A DNA stretch of 64,000 nt, taken from contig JAJVIQ010000021.1 of assembly GCA_022071965.1 (NCBI GenBank), positions 152,423 through 216,422 of the forward strand, given 5' to 3'. The translations under genes were made by a program, and so were the position numbers. Positions 39,512 through 47,441 of the stretch are shown here, one piece after another; position 1 is the stretch's first letter, and the number at the start of each line of letters is the position of its first letter. Source of the DNA: Gammaproteobacteria bacterium. GTDB lineage: Bacteria > Pseudomonadota > Gammaproteobacteria > JAJPIJ01. Under the pieces are notes generated by a model. That model had not been told where the DNA came from and did no database searches. It saw only the letters and a program-made list of their open reading frames with translations.

Positions 39512-39955
39512 ATGATCACCAGATCGAAGCGGGTGCTCTGCGCCACGGACGGATCGCATTCGGCCGACAGGGCCGTCGATTACGCGATCGATGCGGCGAA
39601 GACCTATGGTTGTGGCGTGGTTTTCGCCACCGTAAACGCGGTATCCGAGGCCGAGATGGCCGCCGAGCCTCTGGTCTGGGACTCGGAGATGGCATCGACC
39701 GTGGACCGGCAGGTACGTCAGCCGCTGGAGGCCGCCTCGGCGAAGGCGAAGCAGGCGGGCTTGAGCGACGTCACGTACGTCGTTCTTCACGGTCGCGACA
39801 TCGCCGGCAACATCGTCAGGTATGCCGCGGATCAAGGGTGCGACCACATCGTGGTCGGCTCGCGCGGACGTACGGGCCTCACGCGGGTGCTGCTCGGCTC
39901 CATCGCCGAGCACGTCGTGCGGGCAGCCGCCTGTCCGGTGACGGTCGTACGCTGA
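39512..39955 (+). CDS. Universal stress protein (UspA family)
   Basis: The sequence includes 'RVLCATDGSHSADRAVDYAIDAA' and 'HIVVGSRGRTGLTRVLLGSIAEHVVRAAACPVTVVR'. Confidence 0.85.
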   Translation: MITRSKRVLCATDGSHSADRAVDYAIDAAKTYGCGVVFATVNAVSEAEMAAEPLVWDSEMASTVDRQVRQPLEAASAKAKQAGLSDVTYVVLHGRDIAGNIVRYAADQGCDHIVVGSRGRTGLTRVLLGSIAEHVVRAAACPVTVVR

Positions 39956-40002
39956 CGGCGGCACGCATCGGATCGAACGGAGTTTCACGTGCGAGAGGTG
40001 CC

Positions 40003-40761
40003 ATGGCCATGGGGCCGCAATCGCTGCTGCTGTCGGTAGCCGCGCTGCTCATCGGCGTCCTGTACTGGACTGCGCAGCGCAGGCATCGACGGCGGGTCGG
40101 CGGTGCGCGTGGCAGGCTGTGGGACGACTGTCTGTCGCTATTGGATGGCGCGAGGGTGAGTCAGGACGAGATCGACTTCCCGCGGCTCGAGGGCTGCTAC
40201 CGCGGCTGCCGCGTCACCCTGGAGGCGATCGCCGACCACGTCGCCTTCCGCAAGCTGCCGCAGCTTTGGCTGCGCGCCAGCATCCGCGTCGACATCCCTC
40301 ACCGGGGCATGCTCGATCTGCTGGCGCGGCCCGAGAATGTCGAATTCTATTCGCCGATCTGGTCTCTGCCGGTGACCATCGATCCGCCGGCAGGGTGGCC
40401 CGTGCATGCCCTGGTCCGAACCGACAGCCCCGACGAGATGCCGCCGCTGTCGGTCGTAGGTAGGCACCTGCGCCTCTTCGATGATTCCCGCATCAAGGAA
40501 CTGCTGATCACGCCGCGCGGCGTACGAATCGTGTATCAGCTCGCGCAGGCACAGCGGGCTCAGTACGCCGTGTTCCGCAGCCTCAATTTCCAACTCAGCC
40601 GCGCGGAGCCGCGCGAGGTACGCGGAATACTTGATGCCGCCCTGGCGATCAGCGACGATCTGGGCGCCCCGTGGCGCGCGGATGCGCTGGCGACACCTGT
40701 CCCACGCGAGCCTCATGCGAAGCAATGGCGGTCACTGGATCTCCTCGACACCCCCTGCTGA
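40003..40761 (+). CDS. Hypothetical N-terminally anchored protein (253 aa)
   Basis: SD AGAGG lies upstream. There is one N-terminal TM segment ('LLLSVAALLIGVLYW'). The remainder is a soluble domain with balanced composition and no recognisable motif. Confidence 0.45.
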   Translation: MAMGPQSLLLSVAALLIGVLYWTAQRRHRRRVGGARGRLWDDCLSLLDGARVSQDEIDFPRLEGCYRGCRVTLEAIADHVAFRKLPQLWLRASIRVDIPHRGMLDLLARPENVEFYSPIWSLPVTIDPPAGWPVHALVRTDSPDEMPPLSVVGRHLRLFDDSRIKELLITPRGVRIVYQLAQAQRAQYAVFRSLNFQLSRAEPREVRGILDAALAISDDLGAPWRADALATPVPREPHAKQWRSLDLLDTPC

Positions 40762-41021
40762 TCACCCTGGCTGCGCTGTTTCTGCCCGGCGTCGGCCAGG
40801 TTCTGAACGGACAGCCGCAACGGGGATTGATGTTCGCGTTCTTCATGGTCCTCGGCGGGTGGGTGACCTACCACCTGACCGATCCTCAGGAAGTCTCCGT
40901 CATCGGCCGCCACGCCGGCGGCCTGTTCGTGTATGCCGTCTCCATCCTGGATGCCTACAAGTGGGCCCGAGTGCGCTGGGAGGAGGCCCGATTCCGCGCC
41001 CGTAACGCGCCCCGGTCCTGA
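40722..41021 (+). CDS. Small 2-TM membrane protein with a 'LPGxGQxxNGQ' motif (TM2/DUF-type)
   Basis: The sequence is 'LITLAALFLPGVGQVLNGQPQRGLMFAFFMVLGGWVTYHL...LFVYAVSILDAYKWARV'. The start is uncertain and overlaps the previous gene by about 40 nt. Confidence 0.35.
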   Translation, partial: AMAVTGSPRHPLLITLAALFLPGVGQVLNGQPQRGLMFAFFMVLGGWVTYHLTDPQEVSVIGRHAGGLFVYAVSILDAYKWARVRWEEARFRARNAPRS

Positions 41022-41068
41022 ACGCGTGACCTGAACCGCCCGGTTCGTGCACAATAGCGCCCCGGGGC

Positions 41069-41084
41069 CGGTGCCGGCCCTGCT
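41069..41084 (+). promoter_or_regulatory. Weaker candidate sigma54 promoter for the second P-II/amt pair
   Basis: The sequence 'cCGGTGCcggccCTGCT' has GG and GC at -24/-12 spacing. It lies about 55 nt upstream of the ATG. Confidence 0.25.
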
Positions 41085-41101
41085 GTCGTCCGGGAAAATA
41101 A

Positions 41102-41476
<375 letters not shown>

Positions 41477-41527
41477 GCCCGGCTTCGGCCGAAAAGAGCA
41501 GCACGCAGCAGAGTCTCTTGGGGGCAT

Positions 41528-42838
41528 ATGGACAGGCTCGTCCGCGGCGCGGCCGTGATCGCGGTGCTGCCCGCATCCGTTTTTCCGATTGCCGCCATGG
41601 CGCAGGCCGCCTCGGTCGATACCGGCAATACGGCCTGGCTGCTGGTCGCCACCGGCCTGGTGCTGTTCATGACGCTGCCCGGCCTGGCGCTGTTCTACGG
41701 CGGCCTGGTACGCAGCAAGAACGTTCTGTCGGTGCTGATGCAATGTTACGCAATCACCTGCGTGGCGAGCCTCATCTGGGTCGCCTTCGCGTATGGGTGG
41801 GCGTTCGGCGACGGGGCCGGTCACAACGCCTTCCTCGGAAGCGGCAAGATATTCCTCTCGGGTGTCACCCCCGCATCGACAGCCGCCGCTGCGCCCACGG
41901 TCCCCGAGTCCGTGTTCCTGATGTTCCAGATGACCTTCGCGATCATCACGCCGGCGCTGGTGGTCGGCGGGTACGCCGAGCGCATGCGGTTCCCCGCCAT
42001 GCTGCTGTTTAGCGCCCTGTGGCTGATCGCGGTGTACGTGCCGGTGTGCCACTGGGTCTGGGGTGGGGGTTGGCTGCAGCAGAAGGGTATCCTCGATTTT
42101 GCCGGCGGTACGGTAGTTCATATCAACGCCGGCGTCGCGGCCATCGTTGCGGCGCTGGTGCTCGGCCGTCGCCGCGGCTTCCCGACGACCGCCATGCCCC
42201 CTCACAACATGACGCTGACCGTGATGGGCGCGGGCATGCTCTGGGTGGGCTGGTTCGGCTTCAATGGCGGCAGTGCGCTCGCGGCCAACGGCAGTGCCGG
42301 AATGGCGGTGCTCGTCACCCACGTCTCGGCCGCTTCAGGCGCCCTTGCATGGATGGCGGTGGAGGCCTATCGCTACGGCAAACCCTCCGTGCTGGGCATC
42401 GTCACCGGCATGGTCGCGGGCCTGGGCACCATCACGCCCGCCTCGGGTTTCGTCGGACCGCAGGGCGCCATATTCATCGGACTCCTCGCCGGGGTCGTCT
42501 GTTACTTCGCCACCCAGTTCATCAAGCGGGTCGCCAGGATAGACGACTCCCTCGACGTGTTCCCCGTGCATGGTGTCGGTGGAATCATCGGCACCATCGC
42601 CGTCGGCATATTCGTCGAGGCACGTCTCGGCGGCGTGGGTCTCGCGCAGGGGATTACGGTGGGCCGGCAGGTGGTGACGCAGCTCACCGGCGTCGCGGCG
42701 ACGGTAGCATGGTGCGCCGTGGTGACCTGGCTGCTGCTCAGGCTTGTCGGCATGCTCACACCCTTGCGCGTCACGGCCGAGGGCGAGACCGAGGGGCTGG
42801 ATCTCGCCGACCATGGGGAGCGCGGCTACATAATCTGA
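41528..42838 (+). CDS. amt: Ammonium transporter (second Amt)
   Basis: It has a signal peptide. Amt motifs include 'DFAGGTVVHINAGVAAIVAALVLG' and 'GMVAGLGTITPASGFV'. Confidence 0.9.
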   Translation: MDRLVRGAAVIAVLPASVFPIAAMAQAASVDTGNTAWLLVATGLVLFMTLPGLALFYGGLVRSKNVLSVLMQCYAITCVASLIWVAFAYGWAFGDGAGHNAFLGSGKIFLSGVTPASTAAAAPTVPESVFLMFQMTFAIITPALVVGGYAERMRFPAMLLFSALWLIAVYVPVCHWVWGGGWLQQKGILDFAGGTVVHINAGVAAIVAALVLGRRRGFPTTAMPPHNMTLTVMGAGMLWVGWFGFNGGSALAANGSAGMAVLVTHVSAASGALAWMAVEAYRYGKPSVLGIVTGMVAGLGTITPASGFVGPQGAIFIGLLAGVVCYFATQFIKRVARIDDSLDVFPVHGVGGIIGTIAVGIFVEARLGGVGLAQGITVGRQVVTQLTGVAATVAWCAVVTWLLLRLVGMLTPLRVTAEGETEGLDLADHGERGYII

Positions 42839-43313
42839 CCAGCGGCGCCGTGCCGGCGGATGGCAGTCGGCGCGGTCGGTCCGCGCCGGCGCGGCCGCGT
42901 GATGGATCGCGCGCGCCGCACCGGCACAGTTGCACGGGCACCGGCAATACCCGCCTCGATTTCGCGGCCACGGTGTTACGGTCGAGTCTTGCCATGGGCC
43001 TCGTCCGCCTCGCTCCGCCGGACGTGGTCCGCGACTGTGGTATGGTGCATTGCCGCGGGTCACCGTTCCGCGGCCAGATTGCCGATACCCCGCGCGTCAG
43101 GGAGTGCCCGCAGCCTCTTTCAGCAGTAGATGCGCGAGATTCCCGGGGTGTCTCGGGGACCGCGGGATGCCACGTGTCGTGATGCGGTCGGCGTGCGCTG
43201 CTATCCAAGCCGAGGTCCGACAAGATAAAATGCCCGCAAGTATTCGTGCCCGCGCCCTCGGTCTGCCCGCGCCCACTGTTCACACGCACATCGACTGCAG
43301 AGACAACAAGTAA

Positions 43314-44375
43314 ATGGCCGATCAGAGGCAGCTCGTCGACAAGGCGGTCCTGCGGATGCTCATACCCGTCAGTGCGCTTAACCAGGAGAGCTTTCACGAG
43401 CTGGCGGGCAAGACCTACGTCGAGGAGGTCCCCGCCGGCAAGACGATCTTTCGCCAGGGCGAGACCGATCGCAAGAATGCCTACGTCATCGAGGGCGAGG
43501 TTCAGATCACCTCGGACCAGGGCAAGCCGATGAGTGTCGTGGGTGGCACGCCCAGCGCCCGGCATCCGCTGGCCAACCATCAGCCTAGACAGCACGCGGC
43601 GACCGCCCGCACCGCCTGCAGGATCGTGCGCATCGACAGCGATCTCCTCGACGTGTTCCTGACCTGGGACCAGCTCTCGGGGATCGAGGTGACGGAGATC
43701 CAGCCCAAGAAGCAGGACGAGGCGGACACCCACGTGGACTGGATGACGCGCATCCTGCAGTCGCGGGCCTTCCTGCAGATCCCGCCGGCCAACATCCAGG
43801 CCATGTTCATGCAGATGCAGGAGGTCCCGGTCGCCGCGGGCGACGTGGTCATCAAGCAGGGTGACGAGGGCGATTACTACTACATCATCAAGAGCGGCAA
43901 GGCGAAGGTTACCCGCCCTTCCAAGGCCGGATCGGAGCTCGTGCTCGCGCAACTCGACGAAGGCGACGCCTTCGGCGAGGAGGCGCTGCTGTCGGAATCC
44001 AAGCGCAACGCCACGGTCACGATGGTGAGCGACGGGAATCTGATGCGCCTGTCCAAGTCGGACTTCAATTCGTTGCTCAAGGAACCGATGCTGTCGTGGC
44101 TATCGCGCAAGGAAGCCGAGGATCAGATCGCCAGGGGCGCGAAATGGCTGGACGTGAGGCTGGAGAGCGAGTACGCCAATGACGGGATCACGGGCAGCAT
44201 CAACATCCCGCTGTTCATGCTGCGGCTGAAGGCCGAATCCCTCGATCCGAAGGGTGCGTACATCGTGTGCTGTGATACCGGACGGCGCAGTTCGGCGGCA
44301 GCCTTCCTGCTCGGCGAGCGGGGTTTCAAGGTCTCCGTGCTGAAAGACGGCCTGCGCGGCGCCGGCGCGGCGTGA
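43314..44375 (+). CDS. Protein with tandem cyclic-nucleotide-binding domains and a rhodanese domain with an intact catalytic loop
   Basis: It is a paralog of 17138..18700. cNMP motifs include 'GDAFGEEALLSESKRNATV'. The rhodanese loop 'YIVCCDTGRRSSAAAFLL' has the catalytic Cys. Confidence 0.8.
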   Translation: MADQRQLVDKAVLRMLIPVSALNQESFHELAGKTYVEEVPAGKTIFRQGETDRKNAYVIEGEVQITSDQGKPMSVVGGTPSARHPLANHQPRQHAATARTACRIVRIDSDLLDVFLTWDQLSGIEVTEIQPKKQDEADTHVDWMTRILQSRAFLQIPPANIQAMFMQMQEVPVAAGDVVIKQGDEGDYYYIIKSGKAKVTRPSKAGSELVLAQLDEGDAFGEEALLSESKRNATVTMVSDGNLMRLSKSDFNSLLKEPMLSWLSRKEAEDQIARGAKWLDVRLESEYANDGITGSINIPLFMLRLKAESLDPKGAYIVCCDTGRRSSAAAFLLGERGFKVSVLKDGLRGAGAA

Positions 44376-44391
44376 TCCCGGTGCGGCAGCG

Positions 44392-45264
44392 ATGGCCGCA
44401 CGCGAGGAGGCCGTGAGCGTCGAGTTCGCCCTCGCCGCCGGATCCGACAACTATTGCGTGTTCGGCAATCCGGTCGCGCACAGCCAGTCCCCGCGCATCC
44501 ACGCCGAGTTCGCGCGCCAGACCCGTCAGAACATGCATTATTCCGCCGTGCTCGTCCCTGAGCACCGGTTTGCACAGGCTGTCTGCAGATTCCGGGAGCT
44601 TGGGGGCCGCGGCGCGAACGTAACCCTGCCTTTCAAACAGGAGGCCTGGGGCCTGTGCACCGAGCGGCAGCCTCGCGCGCAGATCTCCGGCGCCGTCAAC
44701 ACGCTCTGGTTCGGCGAGGGCGGCGCGATCTTCGGTGACAACACCGACGGTGTCGGGCTGGTGCGCGACATCACCGTCAATCGCGGCCTGGAGTTGCATG
44801 GGGCCGATCTGCTCGTGCTGGGTGCCGGCGGGGCGGCGCGGGGGGTCATACCGGCGCTCATCGAGGCCTCGCCACGGCGACTCGTGATAGCCAACCGCAC
44901 GCCCGGGCGCGCCCTGGAGCTGGCCGCGGAGTTCGGGCCATCGTTTCCTGTGACGGGCTGCGGCTTCGAGGCGCTCGAAGGCCAGTGCTTCGATGCCATC
45001 ATCAACGCCACCTCAGCCAGTCTGCATGGGGAGGTTCCGCCGCTGCCCGAGGGCGTGGTGCGGGCAGCGGGGTGGTGTTACGACCTCATGTACGCCCGCG
45101 AGCCTACGGCCTTTCTGCGCTGGGCGGCGGGCCGCGGGATCGCGCCGTGCGTGGACGGTCTGGGAATGCTGGTCGAACAGGCGGCCGAATCGTTCCGGAT
45201 CTGGCGCGGGGTACGGCCGCAAACCCGGCCGATCATCGACCTGTTGCGCTCGCGCGCGGCGTAG
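44392..45264 (+). CDS. aroE: Shikimate dehydrogenase
   Basis: The sequence includes 'YCVFGNPVAHSQSPRIHAEFA', 'NVTLPFKQEA', 'NTLWFGEGGAIFGDNTDGVG' and 'VLGAGGAARGV'. The start may be the GTG about 6 codons downstream. Confidence 0.85.
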   Translation: MAAREEAVSVEFALAAGSDNYCVFGNPVAHSQSPRIHAEFARQTRQNMHYSAVLVPEHRFAQAVCRFRELGGRGANVTLPFKQEAWGLCTERQPRAQISGAVNTLWFGEGGAIFGDNTDGVGLVRDITVNRGLELHGADLLVLGAGGAARGVIPALIEASPRRLVIANRTPGRALELAAEFGPSFPVTGCGFEALEGQCFDAIINATSASLHGEVPPLPEGVVRAAGWCYDLMYAREPTAFLRWAAGRGIAPCVDGLGMLVEQAAESFRIWRGVRPQTRPIIDLLRSRAA

Positions 45265-45399
45265 CTGCGTGTGTCCCCGCCTATGGAATATTCGGCAGGA
45301 TGTCAAGCGAAAGGCAGGGCCACGGCGGGTGTTATGCACAATGCCGCGCGATGCTCCGCAGCAGACGGTGTCTGCCGCTATCGGTGCCGCTGGAAACCA

Positions 45400-45604
45400 G
45401 AGAAGTTCGTGTAACCATATGAAAATAAAGCCGTAGCGCAATGGTCAAAATTTAGCCAAGATAACAAAGGCGACACGATTTCGGCGGCTGCGGACCATTT
45501 TTGAACGGAAACCCACAGAGTTATCCACATCCAGTGTGAGTAAGTCTTGCGGAGCAATATGTTCAATCGGTTAGCAAAGGATACTGAGGGAGATGCAAAG
45601 TTTG
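45400..45604. other. Low-GC (~42%) non-coding island carrying a perfect DnaA box TTATCCACA at 45521-45529, plus the 1-mismatch box TTATGCACA at 45332-45340 about 180 bp upstream of the perfect box in the GC-normal flank
   Basis: This is a composition break between convergent aroE and rsmA. The boxes were found by direct read of the sequence. A GC-rich segment followed by CCATTTTTG at about 45480-45505 may be a terminator. Confidence 0.4.
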
Positions 45605-46417
45605 TCACATAACTCGGCAGCGCACGGTGGCAATCGCGTTCGAGAGGCGCACGAAATCCGCCACAGACAGGGTCTCCGCCCGGGCACCCGGGTCAATACC
45701 GACTCCAAGGATATCTTCCGTGTTGCAAAAATCCCTCAGGGCGTTGCGTAATGTCTTGCGGCGGGTGGAAAACGCGCGAGCGACGACCGCCGAGAAATCC
45801 GCCTCGTTGAGCGCACGCTCGCCAGCCGCACGCCGCCGGGGCGTCAGGCGGATCACCGTGGACTCCACCTTGGGCGGCGGCGTGAACGCGCCGGGACCGA
45901 TGGTGAACAGCCGATCGACGAGGCAGTGATACTGAACCATCACCGACAGGCGTCCATATTGTTTATTGTCAGGCGGAGCGGCTATCCGGTCGGCGACCTC
46001 CTTCTGGAGCATGAACACCATCGTTCGTATCAGATCGGCCTGCCGGAGGAGGTGAAAGATGAGCGGGGTGGAGATGTTGTAGGGCAAATTGCCCACCACA
46101 TCGTAGCCCGAGGGCGCGGTGCCCAGCTCCCCGAGCCGAAAATCCAGCACGTCCTGGCAGTGGACCCGCAACCCCTGCGGTGTCGTGCCGAGGCGGGCGG
46201 GCAGCATGGCTGCCAGCTCCCTGTCGATCTCCACGACGTCCAGCGCACAGGCCGCCTCGAGCAGCGGCGCCGTGAGCGCGCCGCGACCCGGGCCTATCTC
46301 CACGATCCGGCGACCCGGCCGCGGGCCGATCGCCTCCACGATGCGGGCGATGATCGCCGGGTCGTGCAGAAAGTGCTGGCCGTAGCGCTTGCGTGGTGGC
46401 GGCAGGCTGGCGGCCAT
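45605..46417 (-). CDS. rsmA: 16S rRNA (adenine1518/1519-N6)-dimethyltransferase
   Basis: The sequence includes 'KRYGQHFLHDPAIIARIVEAI', 'VVEIGPGRGALT' and 'VVGNLPYNISTP'. Confidence 0.9.
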   Translation of the reverse strand: MAASLPPPRKRYGQHFLHDPAIIARIVEAIGPRPGRRIVEIGPGRGALTAPLLEAACALDVVEIDRELAAMLPARLGTTPQGLRVHCQDVLDFRLGELGTAPSGYDVVGNLPYNISTPLIFHLLRQADLIRTMVFMLQKEVADRIAAPPDNKQYGRLSVMVQYHCLVDRLFTIGPGAFTPPPKVESTVIRLTPRRRAAGERALNEADFSAVVARAFSTRRKTLRNALRDFCNTEDILGVGIDPGARAETLSVADFVRLSNAIATVRCRVM

Positions 46418-46421
46418 CGTG

Positions 46422-47435
46422 TCAGTGCTGGCGGGCAGGATGCAATGACGAACCGGCCGCCAACCCCGCCGCCATGACCACGGCGGCAGCCAGGCTCCCG
46501 GCCTCGGCCCGCCCGGTCCCGGCCAGCTCCAGCGCCGTGCCGTGATCTACGGACGTCCGGATGATGGGCAGCCCGAGGGTGACATTCACCGCCTCGCCGA
46601 AGCCGAGCGCCTTCAAGACCGGCAGCCCCTGGTCGTGGTACATGGCGAGATAGGCGTCCGTTGCGGCGCGGGTCTCCGGATTGAAGGCGGTGTCCGCTGG
46701 CACCGGTCCGCGCAGGCGCAGGCCTCGCGCGCGCAATGCCTCCACGACCGGTGCGATGACATCGATCTCCTCGCGCCCCAGATGGCCGCCTTCGCCCGCA
46801 TGCGGATTGAGGCCACATACGGTCAGACGCGGCCTGTCGCACTGAAAGCGGCCGCGAAGCTCACGCTCGAGGATGGTGATGACCTCCGTAAGCAGTGGAC
46901 GGGTAATCGCGGTGGCGACCTTGGCAAGCGGCAGATGGGTCGTGGCGAGCGCCACCCGCAGACCCGGGGCCACGAGCATCATCACCGGCAACTTCGCGCC
47001 GCAACGCTGTGCGAGGTATTCGGTGTGGCCGGTGAAGGGGACGCCGGCCTCGTTGATGATCCCCTTGTGCAGCGGCGCGGTCACCATCGCGGCGAATCTG
47101 CCCTCGAGGCAGCCTGCGCACGCTGTATCGAGCATGCGGAGCACGTGCCGCGCGTTGGCGACTGTCAGCGTACCCGGAACCACGGGCGCGGGCGCATTGA
47201 CCTCCAGCACCGTGAGCTCGCGCGCGCGCGTCGCGGCCGCCGCGGCCTGCACGAACGGGCGTGTGCGCAGCGGCAGTCCCAGGGCACGCGCACGTTCCGC
47301 GAGAACGCGCGGATCCGCGATGGCAACCAGCTCGACATCGCGGCTGGCCTGCGCGAGCGCCACGAGCAGATCCGGGCCTATGCCCGCCGGCTCCCCTGCG
47401 GTGAGGGCTATTCGCAGTGGAACCGCGCCACTCAT
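46422..47435 (-). CDS. pdxA: 4-hydroxythreonine-4-phosphate dehydrogenase
   Basis: The sequence includes 'RIALTAGEPAGIGPDL', 'TGHTEYLA' and 'GLNPHAGEGGHLGREE'. Confidence 0.9.
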   Translation of the reverse strand: MSGAVPLRIALTAGEPAGIGPDLLVALAQASRDVELVAIADPRVLAERARALGLPLRTRPFVQAAAAATRARELTVLEVNAPAPVVPGTLTVANARHVLRMLDTACAGCLEGRFAAMVTAPLHKGIINEAGVPFTGHTEYLAQRCGAKLPVMMLVAPGLRVALATTHLPLAKVATAITRPLLTEVITILERELRGRFQCDRPRLTVCGLNPHAGEGGHLGREEIDVIAPVVEALRARGLRLRGPVPADTAFNPETRAATDAYLAMYHDQGLPVLKALGFGEAVNVTLGLPIIRTSVDHGTALELAGTGRAEAGSLAAAVVMAAGLAAGSSLHPARQH

Positions 47436-47441
47436 GGGAGC

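Noticed and set aside
45430-45497. tRNA-like appearance: 'GCCGTAGCGCAATGGTCAAAA...CTGCGGACCA' followed by a T-run.
   Set aside because: Only a 6-bp acceptor-like pairing with CCA could be drawn. The element is about 68 nt, and D- and T-arm pairings do not form. It is not a tRNA. It may be a terminator or sRNA 3' end.
45265-45604. Replication origin (oriC) interpretation of the DnaA-box island.
   Set aside because: There is a single perfect box plus one near-match. There is no 13-mer AT-rich DUE array. There are no dnaA/dnaN/gidA/mioC neighbours.
45378-45608. 76-aa GTG-initiated ORF in the low-GC island, overlapping the rsmA stop.
   Set aside because: There is no SD, the start lies inside the rsmA coding end, and the composition is odd. 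It is more likely non-coding; see the DnaA-box finding.
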